This document shows positions 62,254 to 64,000 of a stretch of 64,000 nucleotides of DNA, piece by piece. A program made the position numbers and the translations under genes. The DNA lies in NCBI RefSeq assembly GCF_051062815.1, contig NZ_JBPFDU010000074.1, positions 13,828 through 77,827 on the forward strand, in the 5' to 3' direction. Source of the DNA: Methylocystis sp. GTDB lineage: Bacteria > Pseudomonadota > Alphaproteobacteria > Rhizobiales > Beijerinckiaceae. How positions within the stretch are numbered: the first letter of the stretch is position 1; every line of letters starts with the position of its first letter. The notes under the pieces are model-generated. The model was not told the DNA's origin, ran no database searches, and saw nothing but the letters and a program-made list of their open reading frames with translations.

Positions 62254-63683
62254 CGATGACGCCGATCGAGACCTTCAAGGGCAAGCGCGTCGCGCTTTTT
62301 GGCCTCGGCGGTTCGGGCCTTGCCACGGCGCGCGCGCTGATCGCCGGCGGCGCGCAGGTCGCCGCCTGGGATGACGGCGAGGCTGGCCGACTCAAGGCTG
62401 TCGCGCAAGGCGTAGCGCTCGAGGATCTCGTGGCGGCGGATTGGAGCGGCTTCGATGCGCTCGTCCTTTCCCCCGGCGTGCCGCTGACCCATCCCGAGCC
62501 GCATTGGATGGTGCTGGCGGCGAAGGCCGCCGGAGTCGAGATTATCGGCGATGTCGAACTGTTCTGCCGTGAACGCGAAGCGCGCGCCGGGGGATCGCCC
62601 TTCATCGCCATCACCGGCACAAACGGCAAATCGACGACCACGGCGCTGATCGCGCACATCTTGCGCGAAGCCGGCCGCGACGTTCAGCTCGGCGGCAACA
62701 TCGGCGTGCCGATTCTCGACCTCGAGCCGCCGTCCGATGAGCGCATTCATGTTATCGAATGCTCGTCGTTCCAGATCGATCTCGCGCCCTCGCTGGCGCC
62801 GACCATCGGCGTGCTGATCAACATCACGCCGGATCATATCGACCGTCACGGGACAATCGAAAATTACGCCGCCATCAAGGAGCGGCTCGTCGCTGCGGCG
62901 GAAGTGGCTCTGGTCGGCGTCGACGACGCCTATTGCCATGCGATCGGCGCGCGCCTCGTTGAAGCCGAGACCCCCGAGCGGCGCGTCGTGCCGGTCTCCG
63001 GGAAGCGCGCGCTCGACTGGGGATTTTATGTCGAGGATCGAAGCGTCTATTTCCGCGAGCAGGGACATCCGCCCGAGGAAGCCGAGCTGATCGGTTCGCT
63101 CGAAGGCGCGCGCGCGCTTCGCGGCGCGCATAATGCGCAGAACGCCGCCTTCGCCGCCGCCGCCGCGTGGGAGTGCGGATTGGACGACGACGAGATCTTG
63201 CGCGGATTGTTGAGCTTCCCCGGCCTGCCGCATCGGATGGAGGAAATCCGGCGCATCGAGCGCGCGCTGTTCGTCAACGACTCGAAGGCGACCAACGCCG
63301 ACGCGGCCGAAAAGGCCTTGGTGAGCTTTACCGATATTTACTGGATTCTCGGCGGCCGATCGAAAGAGGGCGGCGTCGAACCGCTGCGACCGCATTTCTC
63401 GCGCATACGCAAAGCCTATCTGATCGGCGAGGCCGCCGACGATTTTGCGCGCACGTTGGAAGGCGCGCTGCCATTCGAGCGCTGCGGAACGCTAGAGGCT
63501 GCAACGACGCGCGCGGCGCTCGACGCGCTTGCCGAAGGCGCCCCCGAGCCCGTTGTGCTGCTGTCGCCGGCCTGCGCCTCCTATGACCAGTTCGCCAATT
63601 TCGAGGTGCGGGGCGATGCGTTTCGCGGCCTCGTCGAAGGGCTTCCCGCCGTGATCGCGGCGCGAAAAGGAGGGCTGACATGA
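62250..63683 (+). CDS. murD: UDP-MurNAc-L-Ala--D-Glu ligase
   Basis: [39 protein letters not shown]. Confidence 0.97.
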   Translation: MTMTPIETFKGKRVALFGLGGSGLATARALIAGGAQVAAWDDGEAGRLKAVAQGVALEDLVAADWSGFDALVLSPGVPLTHPEPHWMVLAAKAAGVEIIGDVELFCREREARAGGSPFIAITGTNGKSTTTALIAHILREAGRDVQLGGNIGVPILDLEPPSDERIHVIECSSFQIDLAPSLAPTIGVLINITPDHIDRHGTIENYAAIKERLVAAAEVALVGVDDAYCHAIGARLVEAETPERRVVPVSGKRALDWGFYVEDRSVYFREQGHPPEEAELIGSLEGARALRGAHNAQNAAFAAAAAWECGLDDDEILRGLLSFPGLPHRMEEIRRIERALFVNDSKATNADAAEKALVSFTDIYWILGGRSKEGGVEPLRPHFSRIRKAYLIGEAADDFARTLEGALPFERCGTLEAATTRAALDALAEGAPEPVVLLSPACASYDQFANFEVRGDAFRGLVEGLPAVIAARKGGLT

Positions 63684-64000
63684 TCTCGCGCGCGGAACGA
63701 ACGCTATTCTCCGACTGGGCGTGGACGGTGGATCGCTGGCTGCTCGCGAGCCTCGCCCTGCTGATCGTCGCCGGTCTCGTCTTCGCCATGGCCGGCAGCC
63801 CGCCCGTCGCGGAGCGGCTGCATCTGCCGACCTTCCACTTCGTCAACCGGCAGGTGCTCTATCTTCTGCCGGCGCTGGTCCTGATGATTGCGACGTCCTT
63901 TCTTTCGCCGCGTCACGTGCGCCGACTGGCGCTGGTGATTTTCATCGTCTCTCTCGCGCTCGTCTTCGCCACCATCTTCTACGGTCAGGAAGTGAAGGGC
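63680..64000 (+). CDS. ftsW: Peptidoglycan glycosyltransferase FtsW (5' part, runs out of window)
   Basis: ATG 63680: [22 protein letters not shown]...GSPPVAERL...EVKG; follows murD. Confidence 0.9.
   Translation, partial: MISRAERTLFSDWAWTVDRWLLASLALLIVAGLVFAMAGSPPVAERLHLPTFHFVNRQVLYLLPALVLMIATSFLSPRHVRRLALVIFIVSLALVFATIFYGQEVKG

Overview
High-GC alphaproteobacterial chromosome segment, most likely a type II methanotroph of the Methylocystis group (inferred from a pmoC paralog, a Fae homolog and gene order). It is mostly housekeeping: polA, aroC, hemW, ada, hisG/hisZ, SRP RNA-dnaX-ybaB-recR, rpsD, rpsA, pyrD, opgGH, glmU/glmS, hrcA, priA, ndh, RNase P RNA and the start of the dcw cluster (rsmH to ftsW). 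Small accessory loci are interspersed. The most striking locus is a sigma70-type promoter, then a DUF2946/CruR-like Cys/His leader ORF ending in the RAPP ribosome-arrest motif, then a structured 191-nt spacer, then a stand-alone pmoC. That pmoC has lost two of three CuC ligands (D129T, H146N) but keeps all three CuD ligands, suggesting a copper-sensing translational switch controlling an atypical pMMO subunit. Second is a three-gene MNIO (DUF692)/DUF2063 RiPP cluster with an unusually His-rich six-Cys secreted precursor (bufferin-like). Other oddities: Pol I with two substituted proofreading aspartates, a VapC with compensating frameshifts across a catalytic Glu, an HDAC-family enzyme with a Tat-like signal, a CysN-DUF2061 fusion, an ACP-FAAL-acyltransferase fusion, an SmbP-like His-rich protein, and a GNAT pseudogene where mraZ usually sits. 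No CRISPR array, tRNA, rRNA, transposase or integrase was seen. All family assignments are from motif recognition by eye, not database searches.
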